Source: Nitrospirota bacterium
GTDB lineage: Bacteria > Nitrospirota > UBA9217
Length of the DNA: 64,000 nucleotides
Direction of reading: 5' to 3'
NCBI GenBank assembly: GCA_963740085.1
Contig: CAVUCU010000007.1
Coordinates: 160,001 to 224,000, forward strand
Shown here: positions 9,350 to 17,751 of the stretch, piece after piece
Numbering within the stretch: the stretch's first letter is position 1
How the letters are laid out: every line of letters starts with the position of its first letter
Notes under the pieces: model-generated
What the model was told of the DNA's origin: nothing
The model's input: the letters and a program-made list of their open reading frames with translations, nothing else
Databases searched by the model: none
Position numbers and translations under genes: made by a program

Positions 9350-11161
9350 TCATTTAAAATGTTCGATCTCTCTGGGATACCGGAGGTTCTGCACCATCTC
9401 CTGAACCTGCTGCGGCGGTTCCTTCGTCACCATCGAGATGACGAACATGACAATGAAGTTGATGCACATACCGATGGTGCCGATGCCTTCAGGCGAGATG
9501 CCCCAAAGCCAGTTGCTGGCATTGTTCGCCCCAGGATTGACGAACTTGAAGTAAATGATATACGCGGCGGTAAAGGCAATCCCGCTCAGCATGCCGAGCA
9601 TGGCGCCTTCCTTGGTTGCCCGCTTCCAGAAGATGCCCATGATGATCACCGGGAAGAAGGATGATGCCGCAAGACCGAAGGCAAAGGCCACGACCTGCGC
9701 CACGAATCCCGGAGGGTGGATGCCGAAATAACCGGCGATAACGACTGCCCCACCGGCCGAGGCCCTGGCCCAGATCAGTTCGCCTTTCTCCGAAATGTCC
9801 TTCTTTGCTATGGACTTGACAAGGTCATGTGAAATGGCCGCAGCGATAACGAGAAGCAGTCCGGCGGCAGTCGAAAGAGCAGCGGCCAGACCTCCCGCAG
9901 CAACAAGGGCGATGACCCATGCGGGGAGCTTCGCAATCTCAGGGTTGGCAAGCACCATGATATCATTATCGATATACAACTCGTTCGTACTTTTATCGTC
10001 TAGGGGCGTCGTAACAATGTTCTCGCCGTACTGGCCGACCTTAAATGCGCCAGCCGCGTCCTTCTCAAATGCGACCTTGCCCTTGAAGGCATTGCCTTTT
10101 GCATACTGGATCTTGCCGTCGTTGTTCTTGTCCTTCCAGGCGACCAAACCGGTTTTCTCCCAGTTCTTGAACCAGGACGGGGCCTCAGCATAGGTCTTGT
10201 TGTTCAACGTGTTTATCATGTTGATCCGGGCAAAGGAAGCAACTGCCGGTGCCGTGGTGTACAGGATTGCGATGAAAAGCAGTGCCCAGCCGGCCGAAGC
10301 GCGGGCGCCCTTGATCGTCGGTGTCGTGAAGAAGCGGATGATGATGTGAGGAAGACCGGCGGTTCCGACCATGAGCGCGAAGGTGATCATGAACACGTCG
10401 ATCGTGCTCTTCGCGCCTCCCGCAGTATAGGCCCTGAAACCGAGATCTATCTGGATCTGGTTAAGCTTTTCAAGCAGATAGCCACTGCCGGTCCCCAGAA
10501 TCTTCATGCCGTTCTCGCTCAGACTGCTGCCGTAGCCGAACTGTGGGATCGGGTTGCCGGTGAGCATGATCGAAATGAAGATCGCCGGGATCATGTATGC
10601 CATGATCAGCACGCAGTACTGCGCCACCTGTGTATAGGTAATGCCCTTCATGCCTCCCAGCACGGCATAGAAGAAGACGATGGCCATACCGATCAGAACG
10701 CCGGTGTTGATGTCCACTTCGAGGAAGCGCGAGAACACCACGCCCACGCCGCGCATCTGACCGGCGACATAGGTGAATGAAACGAAGATCGCACAGACCA
10801 AGGCTACGACTCTCGCGGACTGCGAATAATATCGTTCACCCACGAACATGGGGACCGTGTATTTCCCGTATTTGCGCAGGTAGGGGGCCAGGAGCATGGC
10901 AAGCAGCACGTAGCCGCCTGTCCAGCCCATGAGATACATGGAGCCGTCCCTGCCCATGAACGAGATAAGGCCCGCCATGGAAATAAAGGAAGCCGCCGAC
11001 ATCCAGTCGGCGCCGGTGGCCATACCGTTCAGTACCGGATGTATCTGCTTGGCAGCAACATAGAACTCACCCGTCGTCTTGGCCTTCGCCCAGAAAGCGA
11101 TGCCGATATAGAGGGCAAAGGATGCCCCCACAATAATCCACGTCCATGTTAATATATTCAT
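9350..11161 (-). CDS. actP: Cation/acetate symporter (SLC5/SSS family)
   Basis: NGMATGADWMSAASF, GGMKGITYTQVAQY and GTAGLPHIIIRFFT; lies next to acs. Confidence 0.9.
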   Translation of the reverse strand: MNILTWTWIIVGASFALYIGIAFWAKAKTTGEFYVAAKQIHPVLNGMATGADWMSAASFISMAGLISFMGRDGSMYLMGWTGGYVLLAMLLAPYLRKYGKYTVPMFVGERYYSQSARVVALVCAIFVSFTYVAGQMRGVGVVFSRFLEVDINTGVLIGMAIVFFYAVLGGMKGITYTQVAQYCVLIMAYMIPAIFISIMLTGNPIPQFGYGSSLSENGMKILGTGSGYLLEKLNQIQIDLGFRAYTAGGAKSTIDVFMITFALMVGTAGLPHIIIRFFTTPTIKGARASAGWALLFIAILYTTAPAVASFARINMINTLNNKTYAEAPSWFKNWEKTGLVAWKDKNNDGKIQYAKGNAFKGKVAFEKDAAGAFKVGQYGENIVTTPLDDKSTNELYIDNDIMVLANPEIAKLPAWVIALVAAGGLAAALSTAAGLLLVIAAAISHDLVKSIAKKDISEKGELIWARASAGGAVVIAGYFGIHPPGFVAQVVAFAFGLAASSFFPVIIMGIFWKRATKEGAMLGMLSGIAFTAAYIIYFKFVNPGANNASNWLWGISPEGIGTIGMCINFIVMFVISMVTKEPPQQVQEMVQNLRYPREIEHFK

Positions 11162-11220
11162 TCAATTCTCCTTTCAAGATACAGTGTCATCCACTGAGAA
11201 GGGCAGAAAGCTCTGCCGTA

Positions 11221-11255
11221 TTCCGGCGGACACGGCCGCCGGGCGCCCACCCTAC
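11221..11255 (-). repeat. REP-like palindrome starting with GTAG
   Basis: GTAGGGTGGG followed by the hairpin CCGGCGG-CCGTG-TCCGCCGG. Confidence 0.35.
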
Positions 11256-11512
11256 TTTTCGTGTACGTCGTATTTGATATCCAGATGGTTCATGAGCTTC
11301 ACATAGACGAGGATGAGGATCACGAAGATGACCTCTGATCCCTGGTTCGCGAACCAGAACCCCAGCGGGAAGCCGGCAATCTTGATAGTGTCCAGCGCGT
11401 CGGCAAAAATAATACCGCAGAGATAGGAAACAGTGAACCAGATGCTGAGCAGGATCACAATGTACGTCAGATTCTCCTTCCAGTACGCTGCTTGATTCAA
11501 TTTTGTAGCCAT
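11252..11512 (-). CDS. Small membrane partner of ActP (DUF4212-like)
   Basis: YWKENL and GFPLGFWFANQGS; two TM helices; directly upstream of actP. Confidence 0.88.
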   Translation of the reverse strand: MATKLNQAAYWKENLTYIVILLSIWFTVSYLCGIIFADALDTIKIAGFPLGFWFANQGSEVIFVILILVYVKLMNHLDIKYDVHEK

Positions 11513-11652
11513 ACGATTCCTCCTTTATACTCGCTTAGATTATGATCTTGCATATAGTCGCTGATAGTTCATACCTTGCTGATGCAATATCGTTTCTTCC
11601 CGTCACCCCCCTCCTGAAGAAAAAACATCCTATACAAGCTTCATGGACACTC

Positions 11653-12378
11653 TCACGGGCTTCCTATTCTGAGCAGATCGTCCACGGTCCTTATGCCCCA
11701 CTGCGGCAGTTCGCCGAGCATGCGCTGCAAGAGCTGAGCGGTAATGAACGCATCGCTCAGAGCATTGTGTGCATTCTGCACGGTTATATTATATTCTGCG
11801 GCGATCGAGAAGAGATCGCCCCTGTCCGGAGAACCGCCGTGATAGGCGCAACGGTCTTCTTTCCTGGCAGCGATCCAATTGTAGAGTTTGTACGTATCAA
11901 CCACCCGGTTCCTCAACGGCTTCCCGTACAGTTCCTTCATCTCCCGGTTCAGGAACTGGAGATCGATGGACACGACATGGCCTGCCATAAGCGAGTCATC
12001 GCAGAACTCAAGGAACTGCGGGAGCAGGGTGTCGATCCGGGGCGATCCAGCCGCTTCCGTGGGCGTGATCCCGTGGATGATCACGCTCCCCGCGGTCAGT
12101 GCCGTGCGGGGATCGACCTGGCCGTAGAACGTTTCTCCCAGGAGTATCCTCCCGCCGCGTACCTTCACGGCTCCGATCGAGACAATGGAATCCTTTTTTG
12201 CCTTGAGTCCGGTGAGCTCCGTATCGAAGACCACAAAGTTCGCGTTACGCAGGTCTTCAGCTTTATCTCCGGAGCGAAGCCCTGCGGACGACGTCCCTTG
12301 CCGCTGATCGGACTGACCTGCACCCGCCCCGTCCCTGCCGAAGAATGTGCTCGTATAGTGGATGAATGAACTTATCAT
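11653..12378 (-). CDS. DEDDh 3'-5' exonuclease (DnaQ-like)
   Basis: VVFDTELTGL, SIDLQFL and HNALSDA. Its start overlaps the upstream stop (TAATG). Confidence 0.88.
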   Translation of the reverse strand: MISSFIHYTSTFFGRDGAGAGQSDQRQGTSSAGLRSGDKAEDLRNANFVVFDTELTGLKAKKDSIVSIGAVKVRGGRILLGETFYGQVDPRTALTAGSVIIHGITPTEAAGSPRIDTLLPQFLEFCDDSLMAGHVVSIDLQFLNREMKELYGKPLRNRVVDTYKLYNWIAARKEDRCAYHGGSPDRGDLFSIAAEYNITVQNAHNALSDAFITAQLLQRMLGELPQWGIRTVDDLLRIGSP

Positions 12379-14318
12379 TACATCACGGTCCCGGGACTAT
12401 ACTGCTTCGTAACAGCGTCCTGCATGCGGCTGAGGAACTGGCATGTTTCTTTCAGCGTTCTCTTCTCGAGGTTGGACAAGGCATCGGGATTGATGAAGTT
12501 ATCGGGTTCCTTGCCGTTCTCGATCTGTTCATACTGGTGATGGATCCTGAGGAGTATCAGAAAATCGAAGGCCTGCTTCATTTCTTCGCCGAACTCCTTC
12601 ACGACGGGATGGTTTTCCATGAGCGCGTCGATGCGCTCAAGCGTGGACGTTTGCGGCACTCCCTTCTCAAGACTATAAAGCCGGACAATGTCGAGGAAGG
12701 GGGCGATGCATTTGAACTTGAGGTTCAATTCATCCTTGTGCTCTCCCGTCTTTTCCACCACAAAGGTCTTGAAGAACCCGAGGGGCGGGTGAAGCATCAC
12801 CGCCATGTCCGCCATGCGCTTCAGGAAAATGTCATGCCCCTTCAGCGTCTCGCTCAAATGGCCCCGCAATGTTTCCGAAAGTACGGTATCGCCGTGGAGC
12901 CCCCGGAAATCGAACAGGATGGCAGAAAGCAAAATGGCCTCTGACGTGGGGGTGTAGATCCATTCCCGGAAATACTCCTTCCAGACGCTGAGCGGTTTCC
13001 TCCATTTGGGGTTGCTCGCCATGTAGCCGCCCGGGCAGGGGGGAAATCCGCACTGGACGAGCGATTCGATCACGAGGGCGGAAAATTTCTCAAAATACTC
13101 CTCAGCAGCCCGGGCCTCATCATCGGTTCCCGGGTCCGCATAAATGAGCCCGTTGTCCTGGTCCGTTTTGAATGTCTGTTCCTTACGACCCTCGCTGCCG
13201 TACACCAGCCAGCAGTAGGCGAGCGGCGGCGGTCCCAGTTTCCTCTCGGCGAGTTCGAGCACTTTCCGAACCAGCCGGTCATTTATTTCCGTAAAGACCT
13301 TGGAGATATTGCTCGCCTTGGCCCCTTCCTTCAGCAGGAGTCCCACGATGCCGTTGATCTTCTTCGAAACCGGGACCAGTCCCTCGATGGTCTGCTGGCT
13401 CTCAATGTCCTTGGTGAGCGAGAGCGGAGAGGTGCCCTGGAGCATCATCAGATCGTGGTTCGTGATCACACCCATAAGCCGGCCGTCCTTGATCACGAGG
13501 ATGTGGTGAATGTTATATTTGATCATTTTAAGGACTGCCTCAAAACAGTAGTCCTGCGCATCCACCCGGATGAGGGTAGTGCTCATGATGTTCTTCACCT
13601 TTTCTCCAATGTCCCTGCCTTTCGCGACGATCTTCTCCCGCAAATCACGGTCGGTCAAAACTCCCAATGGCAATTTGTTTCTGTCCATGATAATAATGGA
13701 ACTTATCCGGTTCTCGGACATGATGGCGGCCGCCTCCTGAACCGTCGTGTCCTCCTGCGTGGAAACCACGTTCTTGATCGCCAGGTCCCCCACCCGCGTC
13801 GTGAACAGAATGCGGTCGCTGCTGCTGTAAAACATGCTCTTGTCCTGCATTTCGCGGTAGGTTTTGTCGAGGTAACGGGTGATATGGGATTGAAGGAAGA
13901 ATTCAGTGAAGGAGAGATGCTGATCGAGCAGTTTCAAAACCATTTCCTGCCCCAGGAGGTAGCAGATCGTGTCATCGACAGCCACGACGTTGGTGCGCAC
14001 CCGGTCTTTGCCGACCATGGACAGGAAACCGAAGGTGTCCCCCTCCCCCCGATAATCGATGATAATCTCTCCGCCGTCTTCCGAAACCAGGACGATCTTC
14101 ACGCCTCCCTTTTTGATGATACGGAGCGCATCGCTCGGTGATCCGTCCTGTTTCAGAATCACCATGTACCTGGGGTAGAACTCCATGGACAGGTTTCGGG
14201 CAACGGCCTGGAGATCCGCATCGTCGAGGAACTGGAATGGCGGGACCTTCTTCAGGAAGGCAATCGCATCTTCAAGGATAATATTGTTTCCATGATTCGA
14301 CGTTGCGTGGGATTTCAT
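12378..14318 (-). CDS. cNMP-binding / CBS pair / DUF294 nucleotidyltransferase protein
   Basis: FLKKVPPF, GDTFGFLS, CBS motifs GVLTDRDLR and GVITNHDL, and the NTase motif GSEGRKEQTFKTDQDNGL. Exact start uncertain. Confidence 0.9.
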   Translation of the reverse strand: MKSHATSNHGNNIILEDAIAFLKKVPPFQFLDDADLQAVARNLSMEFYPRYMVILKQDGSPSDALRIIKKGGVKIVLVSEDGGEIIIDYRGEGDTFGFLSMVGKDRVRTNVVAVDDTICYLLGQEMVLKLLDQHLSFTEFFLQSHITRYLDKTYREMQDKSMFYSSSDRILFTTRVGDLAIKNVVSTQEDTTVQEAAAIMSENRISSIIIMDRNKLPLGVLTDRDLREKIVAKGRDIGEKVKNIMSTTLIRVDAQDYCFEAVLKMIKYNIHHILVIKDGRLMGVITNHDLMMLQGTSPLSLTKDIESQQTIEGLVPVSKKINGIVGLLLKEGAKASNISKVFTEINDRLVRKVLELAERKLGPPPLAYCWLVYGSEGRKEQTFKTDQDNGLIYADPGTDDEARAAEEYFEKFSALVIESLVQCGFPPCPGGYMASNPKWRKPLSVWKEYFREWIYTPTSEAILLSAILFDFRGLHGDTVLSETLRGHLSETLKGHDIFLKRMADMAVMLHPPLGFFKTFVVEKTGEHKDELNLKFKCIAPFLDIVRLYSLEKGVPQTSTLERIDALMENHPVVKEFGEEMKQAFDFLILLRIHHQYEQIENGKEPDNFINPDALSNLEKRTLKETCQFLSRMQDAVTKQYSPGTVM

Positions 14319-14330
14319 GTTCTCTACGTA

Positions 14331-14346
14331 AGCAAAATAAAGACCA
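14331..14346 (-). promoter_or_regulatory. Possible sigma54 -24/-12 promoter for the DUF294-exonuclease operon
   Basis: TGGTCTTTATTTTGCT (GG-N10-GC); a weaker match than the nitrogen promoters. Confidence 0.35.
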
Positions 14347-14848
14347 TATTTATGAATTGTAGAAAACTGTTTCCATTTCATTAGTTCCAATTATGCATGC
14401 TCACTGACTTACGGAAATTACAAGAAAATGCTGTTATTTACCTTTTCACGTTTTACTCGGCGACAATGCGATAAATTACATAAAATCAATATGTTTTGTT
14501 GTCTTCTCTGTAGCCTGTGACAAAAATAGCAGTAGAATGCATTATGGTGCATAATGGGAATTTATAGAGGTTCACACTTTATAAATATGGACTAAAAAAA
14601 ATTCTTCACCGCGAATTCATATGATGAAGTCATATACTTTAAGGCAGCCATCTCATCCGTAACTAATAGTAATATGCGCCGTGCAGGCAGGCTACTAAAG
14701 GTAACCGGGATGGCCGCCAGTAATTTCACACAGTATACTTAAACTATGCTTATAATAAATCATCGTGATCACGCATCTGTCCAATTCACTTAACAACGGC
14801 TCGATCATTTGTTAGTATTGAACGAACCAATTATTTGGGAAAGGTCAT

Positions 14849-15460
14849 ATGGCGGGAATAAACAAGTCTGGTGAAGACAAGGCGTGGGAGATACTTTCGA
14901 CGCTGAAGCCGGCGGATGTCTGTAAAGCAGCATCAGTTGTCTATGATGCGACGTCCATAAGTTACCAGGTGACGTCATTCGGCATGAACTTTATCGTTTC
15001 CGAGCGAGACAAAAGGTTCTCAAGCCCGGCTTCGGAGAGCGATGTGCTGCTCGGAAGGCTCGGTTCCTTCTTCCGGCTCTCTGTCCTTTGGTATCTGGTT
15101 AGTGCCAAGGACATTGCCTGCACCAACAGGACCGTGAAACTCGAACACATCAGGGGCGGCGAGATATTCACCAGGGGATCACATGTCCTGCCGCTCGACA
15201 GTGTCGCGAACAAGTATGGGAACAACCGGGAAGGATTTTTTGCAAAAGGGAAAGATCTTGGTGGTGAGATCATGACTTACGGGGACGCTTCGCTCCGGCT
15301 TGCGCCTTTGCCACGAATACCCGTCACCCTGGTGCTCTGGCTGGAGAACAACGAATTTCCCGCCCGTCTTGACCTGCTGTTCGATTCAACCTGTGTTATG
15401 CAATTGCCCACGGACATCATCTGGTCCATTGCCATGATGAGCGTACTGATCATGCTCTGA
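14849..15460 (+). CDS. DUF3786-family protein
   Basis: LWYL, GGEIFTRG, LPRIPVTLVLW..NEFPARLDLLFDST. Confidence 0.8.
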   Translation: MAGINKSGEDKAWEILSTLKPADVCKAASVVYDATSISYQVTSFGMNFIVSERDKRFSSPASESDVLLGRLGSFFRLSVLWYLVSAKDIACTNRTVKLEHIRGGEIFTRGSHVLPLDSVANKYGNNREGFFAKGKDLGGEIMTYGDASLRLAPLPRIPVTLVLWLENNEFPARLDLLFDSTCVMQLPTDIIWSIAMMSVLIML

Positions 15461-15572
15461 TCCGGTCCGGTTTGAACTTACCCCCGTGAAGATCCGGATG
15501 GAAAACGCTGATGGACTTCCCGTACATCCTCCTCTGGTTTTTTGCGTGCACGCACCGGCCGGTCCGATACCG

Positions 15573-16043
15573 TCATCGATTGTTGTTCTTTTCAATTATC
15601 TGCTTCGCCATGGACGCGAGTACACCATCCGGGCTCACGGTAAATGGCTCGACGGCCTGAATCGCCCTCGGTCCGCCTATCTGTCCCAAGCTGCGGATCG
15701 CGCTCTTCATCACGACGGGCGACTGATCAACAGCAAGCAACTGTATGAGAGGCGAGATCGCCTCGCGGGAACCGATCATGCCCAGCGCTTTTACCGCGCT
15801 CTTCCGCACCCGCTCTTCCGGGTCGCTGAACATGGCGATAAGCCGCGGCACAGCCTCATGCGAACCAAGCTCCCCGAGGGAATAGGCGGCGTTGTTCCTG
15901 ACCGCCATGATTTTGTCGTCGAGCGCCTCTATCAAAGCCTTCTCGGCCCCCTTGCCCTTAAGCTTCCCGAGTTCGGCGGCGGCGTTCACCCGGACCATCC
16001 CGAGACCGTTCTTCAGATCATTGATCAAACGCTCAAGACTCAT
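15573..16043 (-). CDS. HEAT-repeat (PBS-lyase-like) protein
   Basis: Repeats VRVNAAAELG, VRNNAAYSLG, VRKSAVKALG and VMKSAIRSLG. Confidence 0.85.
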   Translation of the reverse strand: MSLERLINDLKNGLGMVRVNAAAELGKLKGKGAEKALIEALDDKIMAVRNNAAYSLGELGSHEAVPRLIAMFSDPEERVRKSAVKALGMIGSREAISPLIQLLAVDQSPVVMKSAIRSLGQIGGPRAIQAVEPFTVSPDGVLASMAKQIIEKNNNR

Positions 16044-16101
16044 CGCCTCCTCCTAATCCGGACAAACCGGAACCAAATATGCCACACTGGCCAAGAAGAG
16101 G

Positions 16102-16205
16102 GCCACACTGAGACACGAAGACGCGAAGAAATTCATGCGGAGGTTGTAATTCAATAATTCCTTAATTCTTCGTGTTTTCTTTGAGTCTTGGAGCCTTCGT
16201 GGCTG
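16102..16205. repeat. Intergenic palindromic element with 8-9-nt periodic arms
   Basis: CCACACTGAGACACGAAGACGCGAAG ... CTTCGTG...CTTGGAGCCTTCGTGG. Confidence 0.55.
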
Positions 16206-16252
16206 AATTTTGTTTCCATTTTGAGAAGTTTTTTTATGTGCGGCGCGCATCC

Positions 16253-17602
16253 CTACCGTTCCCTCGGGATCCCCCACTTCTTTCTCTTCTCCCAGAGCGA
16301 TTTCCGGGTGATCCAGAGCATGTCCGCAAGCTGCTGTTCGTTGAACTGGCCCTGGTATCTCTGGATGAATGCCTTGGTGTATTCCTCGATGGAAAGCTTT
16401 TTGTCAAAGACCTCCGCCTCGAACGATGCCGCCGCCGTGAGCCCCGCGGGCAGATGTGCGGGGGCGATGACGTCGCCGTCGGAAACAAGGATGGCGCGCT
16501 CGATGACGTTCTGGAGCTCACGGACGTTCCCCGCCCACTCGTAGTTCATCATGAGCTCCAGGGAATCGGGCGCGAGCTCTTTGACGGGTCTCCCCATCTC
16601 GTGAGAGTATTTCTCCAGATAGTGCGTTACCAGCGCCTTGATGTCTTCTTTCCGTTCCCGGAGCGGCGGGATCTGGAGCGAGATGACATTGATCCGGTAA
16701 TAGAGGTCCTCGCGGAAGGCGTTCTGCTTTACCGCTGTCTTCAGGTCCTTGTTCGTCGCGGTGATGAACCGGATGTCGACCTTGCTGCCTTTGGTGCTGC
16801 CGACGGGGCGGATCACCTGGTCTTCGATGACCCGGAGCAGTTTGGCCTGGAGCGAGAGGCTCATGTCGCCGATCTCGTCGAGGAACACGGTGCCGCCCTC
16901 GGCTTCTTCGAGGATGCCTTTCTTGGTGGCGACCGCGCCGGTAAAGGCCCCGCGCACGTGGCCGAAAAGCTCGGTCTCGAGCAGGTTCTCGGGGATCGCG
17001 GAGCAGTTGATGGGGACAAAGGGCATGTCGCGGCGGGAGCTGTTGTGGTGGATGACCCGGGCAAAGAGCTCCTTGCCGGTGCCGGTCTCGCCGAGCAGCA
17101 GGACGCTGCTCTTGGCGTCCGTGACCTTCCGGACCTCGTCGAGGATGGCCCGAAGCGCCGGGCTCTCGCCGATGATGCTGCTGAAGTCGTGCTCCTTCCC
17201 GATCTCGCGCTTGAGCAGCACGTTCTCGGCCTGGAGGCTCTTCTGACGGAGGGCGTTCCGGACGACCTGCTTGATCTCTTCGTGGATGACCGGCTTCATG
17301 ATGTAGTCGTAGGCGCCCGCGCGGAGCGCTTTGATGGAGGTGTCGAGCGACGCATAGGCGGTGACGACGATGACGATCTGGTCCGGGTCCTGTTCCCGCA
17401 CCCGGGTGAGCATCTCGATGCCGTCCATGCCCGGCAGGATGATGTCCGTCAGGATGACGTCGTACACGCCGGTTTCAAGGAGGGCAAGGCCCTTCTCCGC
17501 CGACTCGGCCCCGTCCACCGTGTACCCTTCCTTGACAAAGATGCGCTTGATGGACTCACGCAGCGTCTCTTCGTCTTCTACGATCAAGATGTTCCTGGAC
17601 AT
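16253..17602 (-). CDS. sigma54-dependent response regulator (CbrB/AtoC-like)
   Basis: REC domain ILIVEDE, GETGTGKE, GAFTGA, WAGNVREL and a C-terminal HTH. Confidence 0.92.
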   Translation of the reverse strand: MSRNILIVEDEETLRESIKRIFVKEGYTVDGAESAEKGLALLETGVYDVILTDIILPGMDGIEMLTRVREQDPDQIVIVVTAYASLDTSIKALRAGAYDYIMKPVIHEEIKQVVRNALRQKSLQAENVLLKREIGKEHDFSSIIGESPALRAILDEVRKVTDAKSSVLLLGETGTGKELFARVIHHNSSRRDMPFVPINCSAIPENLLETELFGHVRGAFTGAVATKKGILEEAEGGTVFLDEIGDMSLSLQAKLLRVIEDQVIRPVGSTKGSKVDIRFITATNKDLKTAVKQNAFREDLYYRINVISLQIPPLRERKEDIKALVTHYLEKYSHEMGRPVKELAPDSLELMMNYEWAGNVRELQNVIERAILVSDGDVIAPAHLPAGLTAAASFEAEVFDKKLSIEEYTKAFIQRYQGQFNEQQLADMLWITRKSLWEKRKKWGIPRER

Positions 17603-17751
17603 CGAAGCCTCAATCAGAATAAAATGCAAAAGTCAAAATGCGAAAGGTAAAGTGCACCACCACATGAGACGCGGATGACAGGATTTCGTTCGGAGAAATC
17701 TTTTTGAGTTTCCTAAGCGGCCCTTTTCCTATAAGGCATGTGCCTCAGCGG

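Noticed and set aside
11583-11598. sigma54-like element AAGAAACGATATTGCA before DUF4212-actP
   Set aside because: It lacks the invariant -24 GG.
16172-17650. 492-aa plus-strand ORF (likewise 54936-56540, 11542-12369 and 38348-39487)
   Set aside because: Each lies antisense to well-supported genes and shows no motifs; this is expected from GC-biased codon usage.
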